Assembly: GCF_009914755.1 (NCBI RefSeq)
Contig: NC_060926.1
Origin: the human T2T-CHM13v2.0 reference genome, Homo sapiens
DNA length: 64,000 nt
Strand: one strand, 5' to 3'
Below are positions 1-12,215 of this stretch, piece after piece (position 1 is the first letter of the stretch; each line of letters opens with the position of its first letter). Made by a program: the position numbers and the translations under genes. The notes beneath the pieces were generated by a model. The model was not told where the DNA came from. It searched no databases and was given only the letters and a program-made list of their open reading frames with translations.

Positions 1-864
1 AAATTAAATCCCAGTAATTAAATCACCCCAGATGCCACCAGCACCAACCTCCCCATCTCCACAGTTCCAACAGATCATTGACGCCTCTCCTATAAGCTGT
101 TTAACTTCCACATCTGCCTATGTCTCCCCATCAACACTGCCCAATGGAGTCAGGAAGAAACACCTGATACCTATGGGGGGAAAGCACTGTGAGAGTGGGC
201 ACGTAGGGGTCAGGGGAGCTGGGCTCCCCAGGAAGATGTTTTTATTTGCAGGGATCCAGATTTAAGCAAGGGAGTACAATGGACTATATCTACTTGATAC
301 TCATTACTACTGATGGAATAAATTGTATGGACTGAAAAGGGAGCAAAATAGACAGAGAAGGGCTGGTCCTGAAAAACTGTGACATTCCCAGTGAGGTGAC
401 AGGTGGAGCAGAACAGTGGGACTTGAGAGATGCTGTGTATCATTGATTCTATGGAGGGCATGTTCCCACATCCCGACATCCCTGGAACAGGTGCATCTGA
501 CGTCGACAGCGTCTCAGGACTCCTGTGGGCAGCCATGTTGTAGGTGCTAGTTGCTCATGGATAAACTTGGCTGTAGCTGCTCATTTGACTGTGTCTTCAA
601 TTGAATTGTGTGTGGGGTTGATTCTGTACATGTTGAGCTTAACTGCTGTGTAAAATATCCTCAAAATGATTTTTCTGTGAGAATTGAAACAAAAAGTTAT
701 TATATACACGGAAAGACCTAAAAGTAGAACATCACGATGCAAATTTGCTATCAATTGAGTATATTCTTCTTCGATTCCATCTATTCTTGCAGAGTGACAG
801 CCAGCTCTTGTGTAGGACCTGAGACAGGGAGGTCGACACACAAAGTTGCAGCTGCCAGCGTCAG

Positions 865-1240
865 TGATCTGCGTGGTATAACAAACCACCCCCAAACCCA
901 GGTGCTTCAGGCAACAAGGGTTTATGATTTCTCTAAGTCCGGTGGGTTGGCTGCACAGGTCTTGGGCTGGTTTCACCTTGGTTGCTTATGAGGCTGTGTT
1001 CAGCGGAAGGTTCGCTGGATTGGGATGTCCAAGCTGGCCTCACTAACACATCTGGCCGCTAGTGCTGGTTGTTGAGCATTTTGGTTCACTTCCATGTGGC
1101 CTCTCATCTTCCAGCAGGATGTCACAAACTAGCCTAGATTTCAGGAGGTGGAGAAATAGGCTCTCCCTCAACAGAGAAGCACAGAAGAGCCGATTCACTT
1201 TGCAAACCTGTGTGCAGCCTGAGAGGGGAGGGCTGTGTGG
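865..1240. mobile_element. Old MaLR LTR (MLT1-type) relic
   Basis: gtataacaaaccacccccaaa...ggatgtccaagctggcctcactaacacatctggc motifs typical of MLT1 LTRs; boundaries approximate. Confidence 0.55.
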
Positions 1241-2542
1241 CCAGCAAGCAACCAACCACACTCGCATGTGTTTTGTTCCTGAGAGTGGTGCAAAAGGATT
1301 GCCTTCGACTCTGCAGGGCTGAAGCACCAGCACCAAAATGTGCAGTTCAGGTACCAACGGCTCAGGGGCAATTCAGAGATGAGGGCGGGGCATCCTTCCC
1401 ACGCTGCATGCAGAAGCACTGATGCCTTTGACTCGGAGTCAAAAAGTGTCTCAGAAGAGTCAGACTCTGGATGTAAAATCTTGGAGGGTATTCAGGTGAT
1501 TTGTTTCTGTTATTTTCTCATTTTTCTTTATGTACAAGCATGCTATGTCATAAAAATGGGTGTCTAAATGGTTCTAGAAGGGCTTCTTCAGTAAGTAGAA
1601 AATAGAACTTCTAGGAAATTAAAGCATGCTGACATATTTTAAATGGCACTTCCTTTCTTTCTTAGTGGTATATAAAATAGCTACGTGTTTGCAGTATGAT
1701 TCATGGAATCTTGATTCAAAGACGTGAGATGGAGAATAACAGAGAGTAATGTAGCACCTCGAGATGACTGTGGAGGACGTGGGAGAAGTCAAGACCGACC
1801 TCAGGATTCCAGGGATGGCGGGAGGGTGGTGCATTCAGGAGCCAGGATCAGGTCTGCAGGAGGAGGAAGCAGGACTTTGGGTTGCACATTTGTGTGAGAA
1901 GTTGCTTTGCTCTAGACGAGCACATTTATTACATGAGAGTGAAGGGAGGCATGAGAGATAATATCCATGCATAAAAGTATTTTCGATGTCAAGTCAAATT
2001 CCTTGTGTGTCCAGCAGAGGATACATCTGCTTCCGTGTTTGTCTGGGATTATCATTGTGGATTCTCTGTGGAATAGAAGGATGGGGCTCCTTTGCATCTA
2101 ACAGATGTCTGTGAAGTAGGTGACATCTCATTTATGTGTGATGACGATTTTCCTTGGTAAACTAACTGCTGCCGTCAAGGCAAAGCTGTAGTGTTTTAAG
2201 AGCAGGCATCTGGCCTCTGACCTCTGCACTTGGAATCCCAGCTATACTTAACATTCGAGTGGCTTGACTGGACCTCCCTTCTGTGGGTCTCAGGGAATGC
2301 TGACTCCCTCCTCTCTTCCCTCTTATTTTACTCTTCCTGGATCTCTGTCATCAGACTTCCTTCCAAGGCCATGAAGTTCTAATTTAAGCTGTTGGAGCTG
2401 CACTGTCCAGAATGTTTGAAAGATGTGAGAGCACAGCTCTTCGCCTCTTAGTTCTCAGTTTCCATTTTGAATAGAAGAAAATATTTTTTTCTTAATTCAG
2501 CAAAAGAACTTGCATTTGCACTGTTAAAAATGCCCATTTCCC

Positions 2543-3099
2543 TACCATTTGACCCAGCAATCCCATTACTGGGTATATACCCAAAGGATTATAAATCATT
2601 CTGCTATAAAGACACATGCACCCATATGTTTATTGCAGCACTATTTACAATAGCAAGACTTGGAACCAACCCAAATGCCCATCAATGATAGACTGGATAA
2701 AGAAAATGTGGCACATATACACCATGGGATACTGTGCAGCCATAAAAAAGAATGAGTTTATGTTCTTTGCAGGGAAGTGAATGAAGCTGGAAACCACCAT
2801 TCTCAGCAAAGTAACACAGGAACAGAAAACCAAACACCACATGTTCTCACTCATACATGGGAGTCGAACAATGAGAACACATGGACACAGGGAGGGGCAC
2901 ATCACACACTGGGGCCTGTTAGGGGGTGAGGGGAAAGGGGAGGGAGAGCGTTAGAACAAATACCTAATGCATGCGGGGCTTAAAACCTAGATGATGGGTT
3001 GATAGGTGCAGCAAACCACCATGGCACATGTATACCCATGTAACAAACCTGCACGTTCTGCACATGTATCCCAGAACTTAAAGTAAAATAAAAAAAAAA
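2543..3099 (+). mobile_element. 5'-truncated L1PA (about PA6-7) 3' end with poly(A) tail
   Basis: ORF2 C-terminus ([14 protein letters not shown]), L1PA 3' UTR and A tail; flanked by the direct repeat gcccatttccc (TSD). Confidence 0.9.
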
Positions 3100-3617
3100 G
3101 CCCATTTCCCAAGGAAATGGAAAAAAAAATCATGAATGCAGTTTAGTTATTAGCACATCTGAAATATACTTTGAAAATAGCCTGCATTATTCTATTGGTT
3201 CACTTCACTTATTGCTTGATTCAAATATTTGAGCATTGGAAAATATGCCATTATGAGTCTGCCAGTATCCTGTCTGGCACAATTAACTGGAACTTTTAGT
3301 CCAATGAAAGTAATTGAATGAAGCTACTCTCATTATATAGCATTCAGTTTTACGGGAACTGCATTTACTGTGATTTTAATAGCTATTGCCTTCCAAAGAA
3401 GAAATGCTAATTTAATAAATGTTTAAAATTGCATTCACATATTAAAATGAATGTTTTATGGTTCAGGCTTCTGTGAAAAATCAGTAAATAGTTAATAAGC
3501 ATTGTATTTATATCACATCTGCAATCAGAACATTAATATTAAATTCTTCTGGGCATAGAGCACAAGTGTTCGTAGTGAACGGTAATGAAAAGGAGATAAA
3601 GCATATAAATTAAGGAG

Positions 3618-3647
3618 GTGCGTGTGTGTGTGCGTGTGTGTGTGCGT
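3618..3647. repeat. Imperfect (GT)n microsatellite
   Basis: gtgcgtgtgtgtgtgcgtgtgtgtgtgcgt seen directly. Confidence 0.85.
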
Positions 3648-4631
3648 GAAAACAGTTGCAGAGGCATGTGCATACCAGACTGAGACCCACACTTTAATAA
3701 CCTGTTCTGAACAGTAAATTTCACTGTGAAATGAGTGCTTTGGAATTGACATTTGCTGGCTAATCATGTCAAGGCTGGAGCAATATATCACAACAATCAA
3801 GGCTGCAATTGTCATCTTTTAGCAGCCTGAGGATGCAACAGCCAGGTTCAATGTTAGCAAATCTTCCACTTTAATAAATGTTCAAAGCAGGCCTGGTTCA
3901 TTGGTAGAAGACCTTGACCCACTTGGGATGGAAATGGGACATTCGCATGGGAACTTTTTGCTGTCAGCATTTGTCATTCCTTACCTGAGGATGGACTGAC
4001 TCTGAAATAGGTTGTTACTGTCCTTCAATTAGACAAACTGGCTCATCCCAAGTTACCCTGGGAGGCTGCCTTTTGTGTGCCTGAGCTAGACAATCTCTTA
4101 TAATAGCATTAAAATATAGCTGGATTAATTGAAATAGGCTCTGGAGAAAAATAATAGTCTTTAAAGCACTGCAGAGAAATAAAACCAACATACGTGAGGT
4201 TCATTTTCTGAAAACATTTTCAATAGGGAGAAAGATGAATGAAATTGAGAAGCGGTACCTGTCCCCTTTGTAAATAGAGCTCACATTGATTTTGGAGGGC
4301 TTGAGACTTGAGACGGAGAGAAATATGGGTGTAAGACGTGAGGTTCATGCATGCTTCCTTGTGAAAGCCATGGATTCCTGCTTGATCCATGTTTTCTTGC
4401 TTGAACCTTTTTTTTTTTTTTTTTTTTTTAACCAAGTGCTGCTGTAGATCCATGTTGTTCTGACAAAAGCCACCTGGAGTGCCATGCACTTTGTCCTGCT
4501 CCTGTCCTTGGAAACTTGCAGGCTGGAAGGAGAAATGGCTGTGTAAGTGGAAAACCACAAGGCATGTGGCTGTGGAACTATTCATAACGTGGTGTAGTGT
4601 GCAGAGGGGGTACTGGGGGAAGGAAGCTGTG

Positions 4632-5034
4632 TGTATTCATTCATTCTTACACTGCTATAAAGAAATATAGGAGATTAGGGAATTTATAAAGAAAAGAGAT
4701 TTAATTGGCTCACGGTTCTGCAGGAAGCATGGGAATAGCATCTGCTTAGCTTCTGGGGAGGCCTCAGGGAGCTTCCAATCATGGCAGAAGGTGAAGGGAA
4801 GTAGGTGTCTCACATGGCAAACACAGGAGCAAGAGAGAGAGTCGGGGGGAGCAGGGGAGGTACCACACACTTAACCTGATCTCGTGAGAACTCACTCACT
4901 GCTGTGAGGACACATCAAGCTATCAGAGGTCCACCCCCATGACCCAAACCCCTCCCACCAGGCCCCACCTCCAAGGATGGAGATCACAATTTAACATCAG
5001 ATTTGGGCGGGGGACAAACATCCAAACTATATCA
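4632..5034 (-). mobile_element. MST-family MaLR solo LTR
   Basis: tgtatt...actgctataaagaaata...gaggcctcagggagcttccaatcatggcagaagg...aaactatatca termini. Confidence 0.85.
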
Positions 5035-5059
5035 GTGTGGGAACAAGACGACCTTTGAG

Positions 5060-5290
5060 TTGGGTCTTGGAGGATGTGTAGGAGAGTTCTCCAGGTGGCT
5101 GAGAGGAGGCAGCTGTTTTGGAGAGAGTAGGGCTTCAGGGGAACTGACAAGCTGGGGAACAGCAAGCGTGTGTGAGGCTGCCTGGGAAGGGGATGGGGAG
5201 GCAGGCTGGGCCTGGGTGAAGGGCTGAATGTTGGGGGAGGGTGGCAAGAGTTTGGACTTTATCCTGAGGGGACATGGACCTTGAGTGCTT
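5060..5290. mobile_element. L2 fragment
   Basis: aagagtttggactttatcctgagggg motif typical of L2; degenerate, boundaries approximate. Confidence 0.5.
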
Positions 5291-6817
5291 GGGTTATGTC
5301 TGTACACTGCCCACTGATTCTCCTGAGAGAGCCCCTCCACACCCCTCCCCTGGACCACCATTGATGCCCAACCGCTGCCAGTGTGTCCGGAGTCAAGTCT
5401 TACCTGTTCCACTCACTCACAGAGGTTCGTTCTGGCATTTGGATGAGCACTGGCCGACTGCCAGCCTGGCTCTGAGATCCCTCCCTGTCTGAAGTGTTGT
5501 GGTCCCCAGCACAGCCCCAGGAGGCAGGCACCATCTCCATTCTATCGCACCTCAGAGAGACCTGAGACCACACAGCTGACGTGGCGGGCCCGCGACCCAG
5601 TGCTGGTGAGCGCGGCTCGAGATGTCACCCAGCTCAGGAGATCCCACTGCCAGCCAGGCTCCTAGAATGGTCATGGATTTTTCTAAAATGGAAATTTAAT
5701 TAGCACGGTAACTGAAGGCTCCTTGCCCTTGACCCTGGCTCATACCCAGGCTTTCGTATCCTTGTTCAGCTCTGTGTCACCAATGCAAGAGCACCCGCCA
5801 AGGTGGCCCTAGTCCCACCATGCTGCACGGGGTCTCTAGTCTCACAGCCTTTACTCTTACCTGCTTTCTTCTCTCCCTGGAATATATGTCCTACTGTTGA
5901 CTGTTCCCATTGTCTGACTGTAAGCACCATTTTCTCTGTAAAGCCATTTTTGGGCTCATTCCAGCATCCTTCACAGCCCACCGTTTAGAATGGACTCTGC
6001 TCTTTTGGGCTGGACACAAAACCAAGTGAGGCACTTGCGCTTGGTGCTACCCATGTGTTTCTTTCTGCTGCGTTCTCCGGGGTAGAACTGTGCTCTTTAG
6101 TCATGTATTTTCCAGCTGGATACCTTGTAGACACTCAGTAGGCGATTATTGAGGGAATGAATGAATTCACCCACCTGAGCTGCTCAGTGACTGTTGAGGA
6201 TGCTACTGCTCAGATATAGAAAACTGGAATAAAATTTGAATCCTGCTTTATTGCAACCTTTGCAGATGTTTAGTCTATTAGCATGGTAGTTAACATGAGC
6301 AGACTAAATTAGAATTGTAATGTAACCAGAGGAGGCATCGACTTCATCATTTCTCATCGCTTACCTCTATTATATGCAACTAGAAAGATGTAGTCTCTGC
6401 TCTCCTCTGACCCAAGTTTTGTGAACTGCTTTGAGACTCCACGTTTAAAAGACAGTTTAAACTGAGCAAAATTAAGAAAAGTAAGTGCAATACTAGGATT
6501 GGGTATGATTCAATTTGTAAGGTCCTCATTTAGTGTTTGGGGGTTAGATTACGTTTTCCCTTTTCCATGGAATTAACATTTTGTTGCTTTCTTTTAGTCA
6601 GTTTTCCAACTCATATTGTAATTTGCGCTGTTTAAGAAGTCAAGATCTTCCACTTAAATGAGGTTCATCAACAAGCTCTATTCTGGAGGTTGACTAGGAC
6701 AGACTCAGACTTGGACCACAGTTTAGGCAGGGAAGTTTGGGAGGAAAGAGCATATTTGTATGTCCTGCAGATGGCATTAGCTGGAAAGGACAGGGGCACT
6801 GCTTTGTGGGGAAGGTG

Positions 6818-6938
6818 TGCCATGATTGTGAGACTTCCCCAGCCATGTGGAACTGTGAGTCCATTGAACCTCTTTTTCTTCATAAATTACCCAGTCTCAG
6901 GTATTTCTTCATAGCAGTATGAAAATGGACTAATACAT
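6818..6938 (+). mobile_element. THE1/MST LTR 3' fragment
   Basis: ccatgattgtgag...cccagccatgtggaactgtgagtcc...gaaaatggactaataca. Confidence 0.8.
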
Positions 6939-6959
6939 AGCCAACTCTAGATCTTTCTA

Positions 6960-7360
6960 TAAAGCAATGCAAGACAGGCCTACATTCTTCAAAGATGCCA
7001 AGGTCATGAAAGACAGTCTGAGGAGCTGTTCCAGGTGAGAGGGGAGACTCAGGAGGTCTGACATCTAAATGTGATGTGAATCCTGAACAGATCTTTTCTT
7101 GAGTGGAAAATGCTATAAAGCACATTTTTGGGACAATTACAAAATTGGAATATGGATGGTAGAATAGATGAAAATACTATATCAGATGAATATCCTAAAT
7201 GTGGCAATTGTCTCTGATTATGTAAGAGATGATGTTTCTGTTGTGAGGAAACACACTCTGAAGTATTAAATAGATATCACGTCTTCAGTATTAAGTACTA
7301 AAGTACTAAGAGGCAAAGGTGCATGATGTAAGAAACCTCCCAAATAGTTCAGATAAAATA
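6960..7360 (+). mobile_element. Old L1M (MC/ME-type) 3' fragment
   Basis: gtcatgaaagacag...gaggagctgttccag...tttgggacaatt...gattatgtaagag motifs. Confidence 0.55.
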
Positions 7361-7479
7361 TGTACTTAATATAGATACTGGCCTGCAGAATCTGTGTCTA
7401 TCAATGCCCTGCATTTTCTTGTATGAAGAAATGTCAGATTTTCAACTCTTCTTTCCCTACTGTCTTTCCATCCTCCTGC

Positions 7480-8040
7480 TCAGTTCATTAAATCAGCAGA
7501 GATTTACTGAGCAACTATTATGCTTGCTGAATTGAACACACGCACATATTGAGAGCTGACTCTTTGTTTAGCACGGTGGTTAGTTATGTCAGGGTGTCAT
7601 AGGGACACATCAAAGAGACCGTTGAGGTGAGGCTTGAGCTGGGGTTTGGAGGATGAGCTGTCATAAGAAGAAGGTGAGGAAGGGACTTCCACGTGGAAGG
7701 GAGCTGTAGCAGCACAGGTATGGTGCAGGGAAGGATGGCTTGGACTAGGAAGGCAGGTGGGTCTTAGAGCATGAATACCACTGTGCTAGGTTAAGGAGTT
7801 TGGATGTCTTCCCAAGGCTGTGGCTACCTCCTTAAGGGTTTGAATGGCGGGAAGTGATGAGGCGTGCTGGCATTATTCACCTGTTCAGTTAACAAATATT
7901 TACTGAGCATCTGCTATGTGCCAGGCATGGTTCTAGGCTCTGGGAATTCATTAATGGAGAAACAAACCAACATCCTTGCCCTTGGGTGGCTTCTAACCTT
8001 CTGCTGATGAAAGAAAAACACAACAAACATCATCAATAAA
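7480..8040. mobile_element. L2 fragments
   Basis: aacaaatatttactgagcatctgctatgtgccaggcatggttctagg is the L2 3'-end motif. Confidence 0.6.
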
Positions 8041-8526
8041 TTGTCTGTGGATTACATATGCTGCTGTGGGTAAAGTGTGAAGGGCAAGGGAAGGGACAGG
8101 GCACCCCTCTTGGGAATGACAGGGCAGAGGGACAATTTGAGCCAAGACTTGACAGGAGGGTGCACCTGCGCTGCTCCCGATTTCACAGAAATAAGGTATT
8201 TGCAAAAACTCACATTTCCTGCGTGTGCTTGGGTAAGGTATGAGATGAGAAATAAATTGGTGTAATGACATGGTGCCTCCTGTTTGCCCAGCCATCCTGC
8301 TGCATCCAAAGTTACTTTCGTTTTGGGTGACTTTCCACGTCAGGGTGGAGGCTCCGCGTTTGTATCTCATTGCAGTGCCCGGGGTGGTGGGGGCTGGGTC
8401 ACACCGTGGGTGGTTCTCATTTGCTGTGTATTCTGTGTCACAACTACTTCTGTGCCCTCGTTACGAGGGTGGGTTGTGCATGCTTGTCATTGTCCTTTGA
8501 GTACTATTCCAGAGATAATAGGACAC

Positions 8527-8585
8527 CACATACACACTCATACATACACATACACACACACGCACACACACACACACACACACAC
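8527..8585. repeat. (CA)n microsatellite
   Basis: Seen directly; imperfect 5' part followed by a pure CA run. Confidence 0.9.
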
Positions 8586-9109
8586 GGTGTCTTTATCTTA
8601 GAGGCCAAAGTTATGGAAAATGTGTCTCAACAACCAGAGTTCAGTGATGCTGAAAAGAATCAACCAGACTTTCAGAATCCCAACCCCCAGCCAAAATACA
8701 AGCACCATATACCATTTTCTGTTTCCATGACCAGTTCTGCTAAGATCTCATTTCTTCTCCTTAAGAACATGATTTCAGCTCGTAGGAAAACTCCTTAAAA
8801 TAGGTAGAAACATTTTGTGTGGTCGCATGTATAAGGTTGGAGGGCTATTTTCATACCTTAATTTCCACAAAGATTGAAAACCTGGCAGTTTGCATCATAT
8901 GCAATATATTAACGGTACAAGGCAGGTGTTTTTAGTTTGACATTTCTTAAGTGACATAGAGAGCTCGGGAGAAATACCTATTTATATACTTCAGCCTGCA
9001 TTCACTTCCAAATACTTGAGAAAAGATCAAAAAAAGAAAACCTAAAAAAGACATTTTGTATCATAAAGATAGTTTATGGGATAGAAGTGTAATGGTGCTA
9101 AGGGAATTA

Positions 9110-9446
9110 CAGGCAGTCCTGACTTAGTTTGACTTAGGATTTTTGACTGTTTGATGGTGCCAAAGCTTCACGCGTTCAGTGGAAAGCCGTAGGATACTCT
9201 CGGAATGCTGGGCAGTGACGGCCACAGCTCCCTGTCAGCCACATGCCCTCTGCAGTGGACGGCGATGCCAAAAGACTTTTCCCGCCTCCAGGCCAACGTA
9301 AGTGTTGCGAGCGTGTTTAAGGTAGGGCTGCGCCATGATGTTCAGTAGGCTAGGTGTGTTAAATGCATTTTCGACTTTAGATACTTTCGCCTTCGGACAT
9401 GTTCATCAGGATGTGACCACGTCCTAATTTGAGGAGCAGGTATCTG
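9110..9446. mobile_element. TcMar-Tigger non-autonomous element (MER82-like)
   Basis: ta|cagg...tcctgactta start, internal ttcagtaggctaggtgtgttaaatgcattttcgactt and gaggagc...tctg end; subfamily from memory. Confidence 0.6.
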
Positions 9447-10005
9447 CATGTCATCTTACTTTGTGTTCTAGTTGTGCTTTGTTGTTATTGTTTACAGATT
9501 AAAAAACATGTGAGTTCTCCCTTATTGCAACCCCAAAGTAAACCGCCACATGGCTAATTCTCCTCACAGACGCTCTCATCCTGCTCAGAGGTTCCAGCAG
9601 GAACGGCTTTGTGATGCTTGTTGAACAGCAGTTTTTATTCAGCTTTAAAGAGTGTCTCCAAAAAACCAGAGGCGCCTCCTTTGACTTGCTTGTTCCTCTA
9701 AAGCAAGCCCTTATTTTGTCAGGTTTTAGGAAGGCCACCTACAGTTAAGAAGTGAACTAACCTTCTCTGCCTGCCAAGGCACTGGGAGGGAGGGAGAGAA
9801 TTATTTTTGCTGCTTTCCTGAGGGGAATGCAAGTAATAGAGCAGAAGAGGTTGCATTCGAAGTGAGGCTTCTTGGAGGTGCCTGAGTTTCCTCCTACTGT
9901 TTCTCTGAGGAGCTTGTGTCTTCCTGACCACACCCAGAGAACCTGATCGGACTCCTTGTATCCCACTGTTCTTAATGGACTTTCTCTTCTTCATTTGTCC
10001 TGTAG

Positions 10006-10132
10006 GTGGACTCCAAAGGAAAAGAACCTTGTAAATATGATGGCATACCCCCTAAAACACAGGATTCTGTTTATTATGCCAAAGAAGAAAAGAAGAAAAC
10101 ATTGGCAGAACCTTTAGTCCAAAGGGGTGCAG
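10006..10132 (+). CDS. DCDC2C: Internal coding exon (127 nt, phase 0 to 1), VDSKGKEP...LVQRGA
   Basis: Pyrimidine tract plus tgtag acceptor ending 10005 and G|gtgacg donor at 10133. Splices in frame to the next exon (G+AA = Glu). Peptide recognised from memory as DCDC2C. Confidence 0.9.
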
Positions 10133-10830
10133 GTGACGTGCAGTTTCATTCTGCTGTAGGCAGTTCGAAACTTTACCAGGCTGAGAACATGGGATTTTTT
10201 TTTTTTTCAGAGAAATCTTATACTCCAGAAATATTGTTTGACTTGTAACTATCTGCTTTATTAATAAAAGGTTCAGCTTGTAGGTAGTTCAGTAGTTGGC
10301 AGAGCAGAAAAAAAACATTTCACTGCTGAAGGCAATGGGATTCTCTAATTAGGGGGCCTCCAAGATAAATACATATTTAAAATCAGCTTACACCAGGACT
10401 GAGTATCTTCTTTTCTAAAGACTGATGACATAGAAAACAACAAATAAATCTATCTTTTGGGAGAAACATGAACATAAAAGCCACCGAGATTGTTTAGGTG
10501 TATTTTTTGAGTATAAGAAACATTTAAAAGATGGATCTTCAGAGCTGGTTTTAAAATGAGATAATTTAGAAAGTGCTCTGACATCTATTTTTACCACTCT
10601 GCTACTATTACTAACTCTCACTGAGCTCTTACTGGGTGCCCAGCTCTGAGTGAGGCACATTCATGTCCCGTCTCATGTATGGATACTTAGTGAGAGACTG
10701 TGAGTGGTGTGGCTGGTTATGGAGGAGAAAGCAAGGTGGTGGGAGAGGCTTTCCTGCACTTCTCTGCAGCAGCTGAACATTTTTGGAAGTCATTTTTCCT
10801 AAACACCCTTCCTCCCCTCTTGGCTTCTTC

Positions 10831-11262
<432 letters not shown>

Positions 11263-11563
11263 TGACTACCATGGTGGGCACAGCAATTGCATGACTTTCA
11301 GGGTCCAGGACCTTCATGAAGACAGAGACAAAAGCAGACGGGGCTAAAATCGAGGCCACCACGCTGAGCACCTTGGCAGATGCAAACAGGAAGGGCGAGA
11401 GGGAAACGGGGTGAGGCGGACTGGGTTTGGGACTGCAGACCAGGTGGCCTGCCCGAAGCTCCAGGATGCCCGGCTTCGTAACTTGGGTTTGGGTCAGGAA
11501 ATATGCAGTGGACTCCAGCTTCTCCATGGGTTTCAAAAGTTTGTCTGTGTGATTTTCTCCCAG

Positions 11564-11664
11564 AAGGTGACGTGTATAAAGCACCGACTCCTAGCAAGGA
11601 AACCCAAGGGGCGCTGGACGTCAAAGAGGAGCACAATGTGCAGCTGGAGGTGCCTGTGGACCAG
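11564..11664 (+). CDS. DCDC2C: Internal coding exon (101 nt, phase 1 to 0), EGDVYKAP...EVPVDQ
   Basis: ttttctcccag acceptor and CAG|gtgggt donor; phase matches the previous exon. Confidence 0.9.
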
Positions 11665-12089
11665 GTGGGTGTCCGGGGTCCGATGTCCATGCCGTCTTCA
11701 CTCCATTCCATCAGCTCCTGCCCGCCTCAGCGTCATCCTTCACCCTCTCCCTGCAAATTCTCTCTGGACTCTAGAATGTTCTGTGTTCCTCCTAGTTAGA
11801 GACTGCTCATCTCAGATCCTGTGTTAAGCATTTTCCTGTCTTCCCACCTCCCCCACAGCTTCTGCTGGAGAGACGCCTTTTAACACTTCACTGTGTGTGA
11901 CTGCAAATTTGGCTTCATCATTATTTGATGATTGTGTCTGTCCCCTCACTAAGCTACTGACTCCATAAGGAAAGGGGCTGGCTGCCTCGCTCACTGTTGG
12001 GCCCTGTACCTCACAGAATTCCCGGCATGGAGGAGGCCTTAGTAATTTTTTTGTGGAATGATGACTGAATAATGGAGTAAACAGTGGGA

Positions 12090-12215
12090 TCAGATGGCAT
12101 GATTATGAAACCTTGAGCCTCTGTTTCCTTATCCATAGATGGGGATGCTGCCTCTGTGCAGGTCTGTGTGTGGCCTGAGTGTGTGGCCAGCACTGGTGCA
12201 TGGTGGATGCTGGGA
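12090..12215. mobile_element. MIR fragment
   Basis: tgagcctctgtttccttatccatagatgggg core motif. Confidence 0.55.

Noticed and set aside
1-590. Possible ERVL-type internal fragment
   Set aside because: Faint resemblance only; no diagnostic motif I can point to.
1413-1495. Acidic peptide STDAFDSESKSVSEESDSGCKILE followed by cag|gtgatt
   Set aside because: No pyrimidine tract before a candidate AG and not part of the DCDC2C sequence I recall.
10133-10248. ORF-track extension of the first exon (GDVQFHSAV...)
   Set aside because: Read-through past the splice donor into the intron.
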